Assembly: GCA_910586745.1 (NCBI GenBank)
Contig: CAJUJZ010000001.1
Span: 1 to 51,835, forward strand
DNA length: 51,835 nt
Origin: an uncultured Mucispirillum sp.
Lineage (GTDB): Bacteria > Chrysiogenota > Deferribacteres > Deferribacterales > Mucispirillaceae
Direction of reading: 5' to 3'
Positions 9,815 through 18,565 of the stretch are shown in pieces. The translations under genes and the position numbers were made by a program. The notes under the pieces are model-generated. The model made no database searches and was not told the DNA's origin. It saw only the letters and a program-made list of their open reading frames with translations. Position 1 is the first letter of the stretch. Each line of letters starts with the position of its first letter.

Positions 9815-10077
9815 ACAGCAGCGGCAAAACATTAAAAGATTTACAAAAATTCCCAGATGTATTTACATTTAAAATAATGGGAGAAAATACAAACCAGTTT
9901 TCAGCTGATGCAAAAAAAATATTTGACGGCAGAAATGATGTTAATTTTGCAGAAAATATAAGCAGAACAGGTAAATATATAAGTATATCAGTAACAACGG
10001 AAGTGTGGACTTATGAAGAATTAGAAAGCCTTTACACTGCTGTCAGTAAACTTGAAGGTTTAAAATTTTATGTATAG
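9802..10077 (+). CDS. DUF493/YbeD family protein
   Basis: FP..FTFKIMG...S.TGKYISISV...LY pattern. Confidence 0.85.
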   Translation: MQNIDSSGKTLKDLQKFPDVFTFKIMGENTNQFSADAKKIFDGRNDVNFAENISRTGKYISISVTTEVWTYEELESLYTAVSKLEGLKFYV

Positions 10078-10086
10078 GAGAAGTTT

Positions 10087-10698
10087 ATGAAAGAGCTGGA
10101 AACAAAACTTTATAATGCTGTGCTTGATAATAATACAGAATTATTATCAGAACTTTTAAAAGAGCAGGGTATAAACATTAATTTTAAAGTGCAGAATGGT
10201 GGCACATTACTTCATTATGCAAAATCAAAAGAAGCAGTAGAAATATTAATGAGTGCAGGCATAGACTGGACTTTACAGGATAATGACGGCATGACTGCCT
10301 TTGCTAAAAATTTTGAAAGAGTATATATAAAAACTTACGAAGACATACTACTTGCTATGCTAAAAGTTGGTGTGGATATTAATGCTCCAGCATATCTTGA
10401 TGAAGCACCAGTAATAAAAATATCTAATAATGCTACAACTTTAAGTGCAAATATAGAGCAGCTTCAGTTTTTAGTAAAAAACGGGGCAGATTTAAATATA
10501 AAAAACAGCCAGGGTTATACTTCATTAATGCTTGCTGTAATAAAAAATAATATAGATATGGTGCGAGCATTATTAGAAACAGGAGCAGATACTTCTGTAA
10601 CAGATAATAAAGGCAGAACAGCAAAAGAGATAGGTCAGTCACTAATTAATTCTGGGTATTTTATTCCTGCATTAAAAACTATTATTAATGATATGTAG
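10087..10698 (+). CDS. Ankyrin repeat protein
   Basis: GGTLLHYA, GADLNIKNSQGYTSLMLAV, GADTSVTDNKGRTA repeats. Confidence 0.88.
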   Translation: MKELETKLYNAVLDNNTELLSELLKEQGININFKVQNGGTLLHYAKSKEAVEILMSAGIDWTLQDNDGMTAFAKNFERVYIKTYEDILLAMLKVGVDINAPAYLDEAPVIKISNNATTLSANIEQLQFLVKNGADLNIKNSQGYTSLMLAVIKNNIDMVRALLETGADTSVTDNKGRTAKEIGQSLINSGYFIPALKTIINDM

Positions 10699-10728
10699 TT
10701 AATGCAAACTATATTATAATATAAATAA

Positions 10729-10763
10729 GCCTGAATTTAGATTTTATTTATCTAAATTCAAGC
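10729..10763. terminator. Putative bidirectional terminator hairpin
   Basis: GCCTGAATTTAGAT...ATCTAAATTCAAGC between convergent genes. Confidence 0.65.
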
Positions 10764-10773
10764 AATAGATATA

Positions 10774-11886
10774 TTATAATCTTCCTGTGATTTCTTCAGC
10801 AGATTTTTGGTATTTTATGATATTTTCTTCTGCTTCATCAATAGTTTTAGCATCTTGAATATCTACTTTTTCTAAAACTTCTTCTATAATATTAGGTATA
10901 TCTTTAAAAACTATTTTTCCTTTTAAAAATGAATAAACTGCTTGTTCGTTTGCTGCATTCATTGCCGTCATTAATGCATTAGAGTCAGTTTTTAATACAT
11001 CCATTGCTATTTTTAAGCACTTAAATTTCTGCAAGTCTGGCTTAAAGAATGTAAGTGATTTTTGCTCCCACATATTAACTGGATTAACTGTAGAATTTAT
11101 CCTGTCAGGGTATCCTAATGCAACTGCAATAGGTGTTTTCATATCCGGCATACCAAGCTGAGCTATTGTAGAGCCGTCTGTAAAAGTAATATATGAATGC
11201 ACAATACTTTCTGGGTGTATTATAACATCTAGTTTTTCTGATTTAATATCAAATAAAAACCTTGCTTCTATAAGCTCTAAACCTTTATTCATCATAGATG
11301 CTGAATCTATTGTGATTTTAGAACCCATAGACCAATTAGGGTGTTTTAATGCTTCTTCTTTATTAATATAGTCAAAAGCTTCTTTTGGTCTGTATCTAAA
11401 TGGTCCGCCGCTTGCTGTTAGTGTAATTTTTGATACATACTGTTTTCTCTGACCTAAAAGGCATTGGAATATTGCAGAATGTTCACTGTCAACAGGCAGA
11501 ATTTTTGCACCATTATTTTTTGCTTCGCTGATTATAAGGCTTCCTGCAGTAACTATTGATTCTTTATTAGCAAGGGCAATATGTGTACCGCTTTTCACAA
11601 TATCATATACAAGGCGGACAACTGAAACCCCTGCTGCAGCAAAAAGTACAATATCTACCACTTCTTTATTGATAATATCTAATATCTGATTGTGGCTGTC
11701 TGGGCTGCTTGTAAGCACAGCATATTTTGCATTAAGAAGAGTTTTTACTTTTTCAAGCCCCTGCACATTCTGGTGAGCTGTTACAAATACTGTTTCAAAT
11801 AAATCACTGTTTGCAGAAATTACTTCTACACCAGAAGAGCCAACTGATCCTGTAACGCCTATAATACCTATTTTCTTTTTATTCAT
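10774..11886 (-). CDS. dxr: 1-deoxy-D-xylulose 5-phosphate reductoisomerase
   Basis: GVTGSVG, ALANKES, PVDSEHSAIFQ, HPNWSMGSKITIDSA. Confidence 0.97.
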   Translation of the reverse strand: MNKKKIGIIGVTGSVGSSGVEVISANSDLFETVFVTAHQNVQGLEKVKTLLNAKYAVLTSSPDSHNQILDIINKEVVDIVLFAAAGVSVVRLVYDIVKSGTHIALANKESIVTAGSLIISEAKNNGAKILPVDSEHSAIFQCLLGQRKQYVSKITLTASGGPFRYRPKEAFDYINKEEALKHPNWSMGSKITIDSASMMNKGLELIEARFLFDIKSEKLDVIIHPESIVHSYITFTDGSTIAQLGMPDMKTPIAVALGYPDRINSTVNPVNMWEQKSLTFFKPDLQKFKCLKIAMDVLKTDSNALMTAMNAANEQAVYSFLKGKIVFKDIPNIIEEVLEKVDIQDAKTIDEAEENIIKYQKSAEEITGRL

Positions 11887-11888
11887 AA

Positions 11889-12716
11889 CTATTTGCCTGC
11901 AATATATATAAGATAAAAGTAAAGAACAGGGCCTGCAATCATTAAAGAATCAAATCTGTCTAAAATACCTCCATGCCCCGGAAGCAGTGTGCCGCTGTCT
12001 TTTACATTTGCACTGCGTTTTATCATAGACTCCATTAAATCTCCAATTACACCAGCCACTATTACATCTACAATAATAATCGCCATAATTATCCAGTTCT
12101 CATTTAAAAGATAATAGTTAAAAAGAGCACCAATTATTAATGCACCAATTGTGCCGCCAATTAAGCCTTCTATAGATTTGCCTGGACTTACTTTTGGAAT
12201 AAGCTTATGTCTACCACAGGTAACACCTGTAAAATATGCAAAAGAATCACTTGCCCATACAACAAAACATAAGAATAATACCCATTCATAGCCTATGTTT
12301 TTTAAAAGGGCAAGGAATGTAAGCATAAAAGGAACAAACATTACAGCAAAAAAGTTATATGATACTTCTTCCATAACTTTTTCAGTAGGTTTTGCAGAAA
12401 ACATTTTTAAAAGGAATAATATAAAAATAATAACAAATGAGTAGGCAGTAAAAGCAGTAAACCCTAAAAAGTATATTAAAAATGGCACAGCAGCTGATGA
12501 CACCCACATTAATGGAGTATATAAGCGGATATTATCATTTTTCATAATTTTTATAAACTCATGTGTTCCTAATATAGATAGCAAAGCAACAACAGTCAAA
12601 AATATATGGGAATGTGCTTTTATAATTAATAATAGTGCAAGTGGTATAAGTATTAATGCCACAAATATCCGCATAAACATTTCTTTTGATTTTTTGCTGT
12701 CCATAAATTCCCTCAA
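11889..12716 (-). CDS. cdsA: Phosphatidate cytidylyltransferase
   Basis: SPGKSIEG, GDLMESMIKR..VKDSG.LLPGHGGILDRFDS. Confidence 0.95.
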   Translation of the reverse strand: MREFMDSKKSKEMFMRIFVALILIPLALLLIIKAHSHIFLTVVALLSILGTHEFIKIMKNDNIRLYTPLMWVSSAAVPFLIYFLGFTAFTAYSFVIIFILFLLKMFSAKPTEKVMEEVSYNFFAVMFVPFMLTFLALLKNIGYEWVLFLCFVVWASDSFAYFTGVTCGRHKLIPKVSPGKSIEGLIGGTIGALIIGALFNYYLLNENWIIMAIIIVDVIVAGVIGDLMESMIKRSANVKDSGTLLPGHGGILDRFDSLMIAGPVLYFYLIYIAGK

Positions 12717-12780
12717 TTATTGTTTAGTTTGTTGAAAAAATAAATTTTTTCGACAGTCTATTTCCAGCCTAATGATGCTC

Positions 12781-12848
12781 TCCAGCCACTTTTTCTTATT
12801 CCGCCTTATTCAGTTGGGAAAAAGTGTCCTTGTAAAAAACACTCGCCA
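12781..12848. repeat. 68-bp structured repeat module, copy 1
   Basis: Ungapped 54/68 match to 16899-16966. Confidence 0.8.
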
Positions 12849-12957
12849 CATTTTATTAGGCTATAAAGAGAACTAAATTTAGATACACGCTCTAATTTTA
12901 GTTCGTTAGTTTAATTTTTAAAATAACAAACATTAATTATTTTAAATTCAAAATTAA

Positions 12958-13704
12958 TTAATGACTTTTGTGACCTGTATTATTTAGCTGTTCATCAGTT
13001 TTGCCAAACCTGCGAACTCTTTTATTAAATTCATCTATTGCTTTGTCAAAATCTTTTTCATTAAAATCAGGCCACAGTTTATCTGTAAAATAAAGCTCTG
13101 CATAAGATATTCGCCATAACATAAAGTTACTTATACGCTGCTCACCGCTTGTGCGTATAAGTAAATCCACATCTGGAAGTTCGCTGTTATAAAGATTATC
13201 TCTAATAGTATCTTTTGATATATCATCAATATTTATACTGCCTTTCTGCACTTTTTTTGCAATCTGTTTCATACAGTCTACAAGTTCATCCTGCGCACTG
13301 TAACTTAATGCCATATTTAAAAGCAGACCAGTATTATTCTTTGTTTCTTCTTTAAGCTTTAAAAGAGACTGCCTTGTTTTTTCTGGTATAAGCTCTGCTT
13401 TGCCAGACATTACAAAACGAATATTATTTTTAGTAATAGTATCCCATTCTGAAACAACATACTCATCAAGCAGGTTCATTAAAAAAGAAACTTCTTCTTT
13501 TGGACGGAGCCAGTTTTCAGCAGAAAATGCAAATATGCTTAATGCTTTTAAATGGTTTTTAGCAGCATGTGTAATAATTTTTTTAACAGCCTTCACACCC
13601 TCTTTATGACCTAGAAAACGAGGAAGTCCCCGTTTTTTAGCCCATCTGCCGTTACCATCCATAATTATAGCAATGTGAAGATTTTCTAAATCTTTATTAT
13701 TCAT
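12958..13704 (-). CDS. uppS: Undecaprenyl diphosphate synthase
   Basis: HIAIIMDGNGRWA, FAFSAENW.RP, DLLIRTSGE.RISNF. Confidence 0.97.
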   Translation of the reverse strand: MNNKDLENLHIAIIMDGNGRWAKKRGLPRFLGHKEGVKAVKKIITHAAKNHLKALSIFAFSAENWLRPKEEVSFLMNLLDEYVVSEWDTITKNNIRFVMSGKAELIPEKTRQSLLKLKEETKNNTGLLLNMALSYSAQDELVDCMKQIAKKVQKGSINIDDISKDTIRDNLYNSELPDVDLLIRTSGEQRISNFMLWRISYAELYFTDKLWPDFNEKDFDKAIDEFNKRVRRFGKTDEQLNNTGHKSH

Positions 13705-14518
13705 AATAACACATTATTGATATAGTCTAAACTTGTATATTTATTTCTTTTACTCTGTAATTTATATTCTATTTTCATATCTCCATTATTTTTTAGTCTA
13801 TCTAAAATCATTTGATAGTATTCCTCATTAATTTCACAGCTAATCCACTTTCTTGATAATTGCTTGCACTGTATAATTTCTCCATTACTACCCACAAACA
13901 ATATAAATACAGTATCATTTTTTTGAGTACAAGATAAATAAGCATTTCTGTTAATTTTTGTGGTATTTGGCAGGTATGGAATGTCTTATCTTTACTAATA
14001 TTTTTTACTAAATCATAATACAACCATGAATATGGCATTCGCCCAGTTGAGCCATTTTGAATTCTTTGTATAATTCTTTTATCTGTTGGATTCTGATATG
14101 GAACAGTAATATTTTCTTTATAAAAGTTATTATTTTTTGTTTTTGCTGCATGTAAAATAGATATATGTGCTGTAGTTAAATGACTTGGACTATGACCTAC
14201 ATTGGAATTATATATCCACACATAATCATATACCTTATAACATATATTATCAAGACATTTAACTCGTAAATATGCATTTTGCTTTGGATAATTTATTAAA
14301 AAAAGATTACCCGTTGGTTTTAATACTCTTATAGATTCACTTGCAAGTTCACAATACCATTCAATATATTTATCCCAGCTTTTTGTGTATTTATTGCCAT
14401 TGTAATTTATTCCAACATTATAATCAGGATCCCCATATACCATATCAAGAGAGTTGTCTGGAATTTGTTTAAGTATTTTTAAAGTGTCTTCTAAATATAA
14501 AGTATTAAAGTTCACCAT
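13701..14518 (-). pseudogene. Frameshifted beta-class N4/N6 DNA methyltransferase
   Basis: Motif IV DPDY and HTCQIP in 13808-14518; the protein continues in another frame from about 13937 as SCTQKNDTVFILFVGSNG...WISCEI (motif I region) to 13701. Confidence 0.8.
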
Positions 14519-15312
14519 TATGCACCTTGTAATGCTTTTAAAATATATTTTTTTGATTTAATATACTTCATAGAGTTTAATTTTTTATCTGTAAACTCAT
14601 ATTCCCAAAGTGTTATTTCTGATAAATTGTATTGTTTTGTCCTTACTAAATAAATGCATTTAATCTTTGAATAATTTAAACCTGAAAGTGCATAATATAA
14701 ATAAGGATAAAAAAGTTGATATATATTAAAATTTTTAGGATTACCATTTTTTGCTTCAAAAAGTCCAATTATACCATTGTATTCTATAGTCAAATCAATT
14801 TCAATTTGCTGATTTTGTGCTGTAATCAGTGTATTATCAAATAAATATTCTAATGTTTTTTTAGTCCTATGTGGAAAATATGTTTTAGGACGATTTTCTA
14901 TTGGTAAAGAAGAATATTCTATATCATTACCAAATAAAAAATCATGTAGTATTCTTTGATTATTTGCAACAGATAAAATATTGCTTTCACTATCATTATA
15001 TTGATTCAATAGACTTTTTTTATAATTCCACTCAATAATATCTTTTTTTTCTATTGCTTCAAGTTTGTGATATATTGTATCAATACCTTTTATAAACTGA
15101 TGTTGTCCATTTCCTAAATGAATAATACAATAATCACTATCTAAAAGTGACTTTGGCAATTTTTCTCTGACATCAATTTTAGTAACATCAACAGGATTAC
15201 CAAAGCTGATTTTTTTAGATATTTCTTTCACTAAATTATTGTTAAATATATAGTTATTTCTTTTACTGCATTCTTTAAAAAGTTCTTCAATGACTAGCTT
15301 TTTCTTATCCAT
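14518..15312 (-). CDS. Putative PD-(D/E)xK restriction endonuclease
   Basis: QIEID...FEAKN...QLFYPY motifs; stop overlaps the MTase start; AT-richer than flanks. Confidence 0.65.
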   Translation of the reverse strand: MDKKKLVIEELFKECSKRNNYIFNNNLVKEISKKISFGNPVDVTKIDVREKLPKSLLDSDYCIIHLGNGQHQFIKGIDTIYHKLEAIEKKDIIEWNYKKSLLNQYNDSESNILSVANNQRILHDFLFGNDIEYSSLPIENRPKTYFPHRTKKTLEYLFDNTLITAQNQQIEIDLTIEYNGIIGLFEAKNGNPKNFNIYQLFYPYLYYALSGLNYSKIKCIYLVRTKQYNLSEITLWEYEFTDKKLNSMKYIKSKKYILKALQGA

Positions 15313-15317
15313 TAAAA

Positions 15318-15872
15318 TTATATTTCCATAACTTCTTTTTCTTTTAATGCAGTAATTTCATCTATTTTTTTAACAGCATCATCAGTTACTTTTTGAACAT
15401 CATCTTGAAGTTTTTTTGCATCATCTTCACTTATTTCTTTATCTTTTTCCTGCTTTTTTATTTTATCGTTAGCATCTCTTCTTTCATTACGGATTGCAAC
15501 TTTTGCATCTTCGCCCATTTTTTTAACTATTTTAACAAGCTCTTTTCTTCTTTCTTCTGTAAGCTGTGGGAAAGGAACACGGATAATTTTACCATCATTT
15601 GATGGATTAAATCCCATCTGGCTGTTTTGTATAGCTTTTTCAATAGCTGGTATCTGGCTTGTATCCCATGGTGAAATAGTAACAAGTCTTGGTTCTGGTG
15701 CAGAAAGAGAAGCAACTCCAGTTAATGGAGTAGGTGTGCCGTAATAGTCAACTTTAATATTTTCAAACATAGCAACACTTGCTCTGCCTGTTCTAACACC
15801 TTTTAATTCTTCTTTATAAAAGCTGATAGATTTTTCAACTGAATTTTTAAATTCCTTAACAACTTCGCTCAT
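15318..15872 (-). CDS. frr: Ribosome recycling factor
   Basis: RTGRAS, P.LTEERRKELVK, IRNERRDAND; start at ATG 15872 after AGGAG. Confidence 0.97.
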   Translation of the reverse strand: MSEVVKEFKNSVEKSISFYKEELKGVRTGRASVAMFENIKVDYYGTPTPLTGVASLSAPEPRLVTISPWDTSQIPAIEKAIQNSQMGFNPSNDGKIIRVPFPQLTEERRKELVKIVKKMGEDAKVAIRNERRDANDKIKKQEKDKEISEDDAKKLQDDVQKVTDDAVKKIDEITALKEKEVMEI

Positions 15873-15902
15873 AAGTTCTCCTAACAATATTTCATTTATC
15901 TT

Positions 15903-16613
15903 TTATTTTACAAGAGTGCCTATAGGTTCTCCCTTAACTATTTTCATTAAATTGTCTTTGCCAAACATATCAAATACTATTAAAGGTATCTGGTTATCCA
16001 TACACATGCTTATTGCTGTGGCATCCATTACTTTTAAACCTTTTGTAAGCACATCAATATAGTTTATTTCAGTATATTTTGATGCGGAAGCATCTTTTTT
16101 AGGGTCAGCAGTATATACTCCGTCCACTTTTGTAGCTTTCAGCACTACATCTGCGTTGATTTCTGAAGCTCTGAGTGTTGCAGTAGTGTCAGTAGTAAAG
16201 TAAGGGTTGCCTGTGCCGCCTGCAAAAATAACTACTCTGCCTTTTTCTAAATGTCTCATAGCTCTGCGTCTAATATAAGGCTCTGCAATTTGTCTCATTT
16301 CAATAGCAGACTGCACTCTTGTTTCTATGCCATTCATTTCAAGTGCATTCTGCACAGAAAGGCAGTTAATTACTGTTGCAAGCATACCCATATGGTCTGC
16401 TGTAACTCTATCCATCCCTTTTGCAGCAGGGGATACTCCGCGGAAAATATTGCCGCCACCAATAACAATGCCTATTTTTACACCTAAGTCATAAATAGGT
16501 TTGATTTCTGATGCAATAAATTTAACTGTTTCTGCATCAATTCCGTACTGAGCATTGCCCATTAAAGCTTCACCGCTCAGTTTTAATAATATTCTGTTAT
16601 ATTTTAAGTCCAT
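15903..16613 (-). CDS. pyrH: Uridylate kinase
   Basis: [29 protein letters not shown]; start at ATG 16613 after GGAGG. Confidence 0.97.
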   Translation of the reverse strand: MDLKYNRILLKLSGEALMGNAQYGIDAETVKFIASEIKPIYDLGVKIGIVIGGGNIFRGVSPAAKGMDRVTADHMGMLATVINCLSVQNALEMNGIETRVQSAIEMRQIAEPYIRRRAMRHLEKGRVVIFAGGTGNPYFTTDTTATLRASEINADVVLKATKVDGVYTADPKKDASASKYTEINYIDVLTKGLKVMDATAISMCMDNQIPLIVFDMFGKDNLMKIVKGEPIGTLVK

Positions 16614-16641
16614 ATATTCCTCCGCTGCATCTAAACATTTT

Positions 16642-16670
16642 AGAATACTATAATAATAGAATATAATCAA
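16642..16670 (-). promoter_or_regulatory. Putative sigma70 promoter of pyrH
   Basis: TTGATT-17 bp-TATTCT on the minus strand. Confidence 0.6.
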
Positions 16671-17315
16671 GGGGAATAATTTTCTACTTTACCACGATTT
16701 CTTAAACTATGATTAAAAAGTTGTTATTAATAAAATATGTAATGATTATCTTATTAATTAATATGTATATATAAAATATCTTAAACTATCCTGCCACTGC
16801 ACATCTTAAAATCAAAGTTTTCGTTATTTCATTCCTTATGCTCCAATTATAAGAATAATATTCTTGTATAGTAAGTTATGATTTATTTTTAAAACTGTTC
16901 CAGCCACTTTTTTTGATTCCTTCCTATTTTGTCTGAAAAAAGTGTCCTTGCAAAAGATGCTCGCCATAGCTGCAGCAACTCGCTATCGCTAAAGCCTTTC
17001 TAACAGCTAAATCCGTTAAGTCTTTTTATAAAAATTCATCCTTGAATTTTTTATAATCACGCATAGCCGAAACAAATTCGCCTATACTTGCATATAAAAT
17101 ACATCCTGTATTTTTTCCAAAAAACAGCTCATAAGAAATTAAGTCGCAAAGAGAATGAAATAACACGGAAGCATCCTTTAAAAGCGGAAATAATGACATA
17201 TTAATATATATTAATTTTACAAGTCTATTTTTAAAATCAATATGTATTTTATCTTTATTATTATGTAGTTAGCAATATTATTTCCCCAAAAACGGGGGTA
17301 AAGCAGGAATAATTT
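16667..17315. repeat. Foldback repeat element A, copy 1 (long-core form)
   Basis: 16707-16848 and 17120-17292 match, inverted, 44953-45097 and 44729-44900; the arms are imperfect inverted repeats of each other; boundaries approximate. Confidence 0.85.
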
Positions 17316-17349
17316 TTTATACAAGTATTGTTTATCTGTAAAATTTTCC

Positions 17350-17380
17350 TTGACATAATTCATCAGGGGGGGGGTATGAT
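17350..17380 (+). promoter_or_regulatory. Sigma70 promoter with G9 tract in the spacer
   Basis: TTGACA 17350-17355, G9 17366-17374, TATGAT 17375-17380. Confidence 0.75.
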
Positions 17381-17409
17381 GAGCCATTAAACTTTATAAG
17401 GAGGTTAAA

Positions 17410-17559
17410 ATGGATAAAAAAATTGACCCGAAAGACAATCAGTCAAACCAGTCTAATGCTAATAAGGGGACTGCTGGTACAAACAAACAGTATGACCAAG
17501 CTCAAGGCAACAGGGGAAAACAGCTTAACCCTAACCAAAAAGATAAAGCTGGTAAATAG
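17410..17559 (+). CDS. Small Asn/Gln-rich protein, 49 aa (absent from ORF track)
   Basis: AAGGAGGT RBS then ATG; MDKKIDPKDNQSNQSNANKGTAGTNKQYDQAQGNRGKQLNPNQKDKAGK*. Confidence 0.8.
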   Translation: MDKKIDPKDNQSNQSNANKGTAGTNKQYDQAQGNRGKQLNPNQKDKAGK

Positions 17560-17610
17560 TAAAAACATAATAATATTGTATACTTTAACAGAATATAAAA
17601 AAGGTGAAAA

Positions 17611-17919
17611 ATGAAACTGAAATTATTAACTGTTGTATTATTATTTATTGTGGTTGCAGGTTGTTCAACAGTCGTGCCTGTAAACTCTACTTTACCTGTA
17701 ACAGTAACACTTTCTGCAAACGATTTAAAAATAGGGGATAAAATCACTCACACAATACCATACAACAAAAAAGACCCTAATATATATGCAAAAGTGTATA
17801 GAGAAGCTCTTGTAAAATCTGGCTATGATTTTATACTTCTTCCACAGTATGAAATAAAAGATTCTCTTTTTAAAAGCACTATTACAATCATCGGCTATGG
17901 TGCAAATGTAAGAAGATAG
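17611..17919 (+). CDS. Small lipoprotein of unknown function
   Basis: AAGGTG RBS; signal peptide with lipobox VAG-C. Confidence 0.8.
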   Translation: MKLKLLTVVLLFIVVAGCSTVVPVNSTLPVTVTLSANDLKIGDKITHTIPYNKKDPNIYAKVYREALVKSGYDFILLPQYEIKDSLFKSTITIIGYGANVRR

Positions 17920-17953
17920 TATTTGTGAAAAGTATTATATAAATGTATAAGAA

Positions 17954-17975
17954 AAGCGGGTTTTTACACCCGCTT
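17954..17975. terminator. Terminator hairpin between lipoprotein gene and lepB
   Basis: AAGCGGGT-TTTTAC-ACCCGCTT. Confidence 0.75.
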
Positions 17976-17982
17976 CTATATA

Positions 17983-18564
17983 TTAATGTATCAAATTAAA
18001 CAGTCTTGAAAATCTAGGACCTTTTTCTCCCCATGACCAGTATATAATAAATGCTTTACCTACGATTGCATCTTCTTTTACATATCCCCAAAATCGGCTG
18101 TCTGCACTGTTATCTCTATTATCACCCATCATAAAATAAAAGCCTTCAGGAACAGTGAATTTTTCTACATTATCAGCTATTGCAAGGTTGTATCCTTCTT
18201 CAAATCGGACATAATCAGGCTCTAATTTTTCGCCATTTCTATATACTGTTTTATCTTTTATCTCAATAACATCACCCGGCACCCCAATAACCCTTTTTAT
18301 GTAATCTACTTTTGGATTAAGCGGGTATTCAAATACAACTATATCATCATGCTCTGGTTTAGAAAATTTATAAGAAAGCTTATTTACAAGTATAAAATCA
18401 CCTATCTGCAGAGTTTCAAGCATAGAGCCTGTAGGGATTGTATACACACCTAAAAAGAAAGTTCTTATAAATATAGCAATAACAAATGCAACAACAATAC
18501 TGTCTATAATCTCTTTTGAAGAATTTTTAGGTTTTTCTTCTATTTTTTTATCTTTTTCTTTCAT
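17983..18564 (-). CDS. lepB: Signal peptidase I
   Basis: IPTGSM, YIKRVIG, MGDNRDNSADSRFWG. Confidence 0.95.
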   Translation of the reverse strand: MKEKDKKIEEKPKNSSKEIIDSIVVAFVIAIFIRTFFLGVYTIPTGSMLETLQIGDFILVNKLSYKFSKPEHDDIVVFEYPLNPKVDYIKRVIGVPGDVIEIKDKTVYRNGEKLEPDYVRFEEGYNLAIADNVEKFTVPEGFYFMMGDNRDNSADSRFWGYVKEDAIVGKAFIIYWSWGEKGPRFSRLFNLIH

Positions 18565-18565
18565 A

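Noticed and set aside
13918..13924. A7 run (minus strand) as a programmed or phase-variable frameshift in the MTase
   Set aside because: The alternative frame already looks correct upstream of the run (SCTQKND), placing the lesion near 13937, and motif I is also altered, so decay is more likely
16667..17315. CRISPR array, tRNA or IscB/TnpB guide RNA in the long intergenic regions
   Set aside because: No regularly spaced direct repeats, no cloverleaf, and no cas or transposase gene in the window
17423..17614. 63-aa TTG-start ORF and the antisense ORF 17502-17747
   Set aside because: The RBS points to ATG 17410 in another frame; these are shadows of the real small gene and the lipoprotein gene
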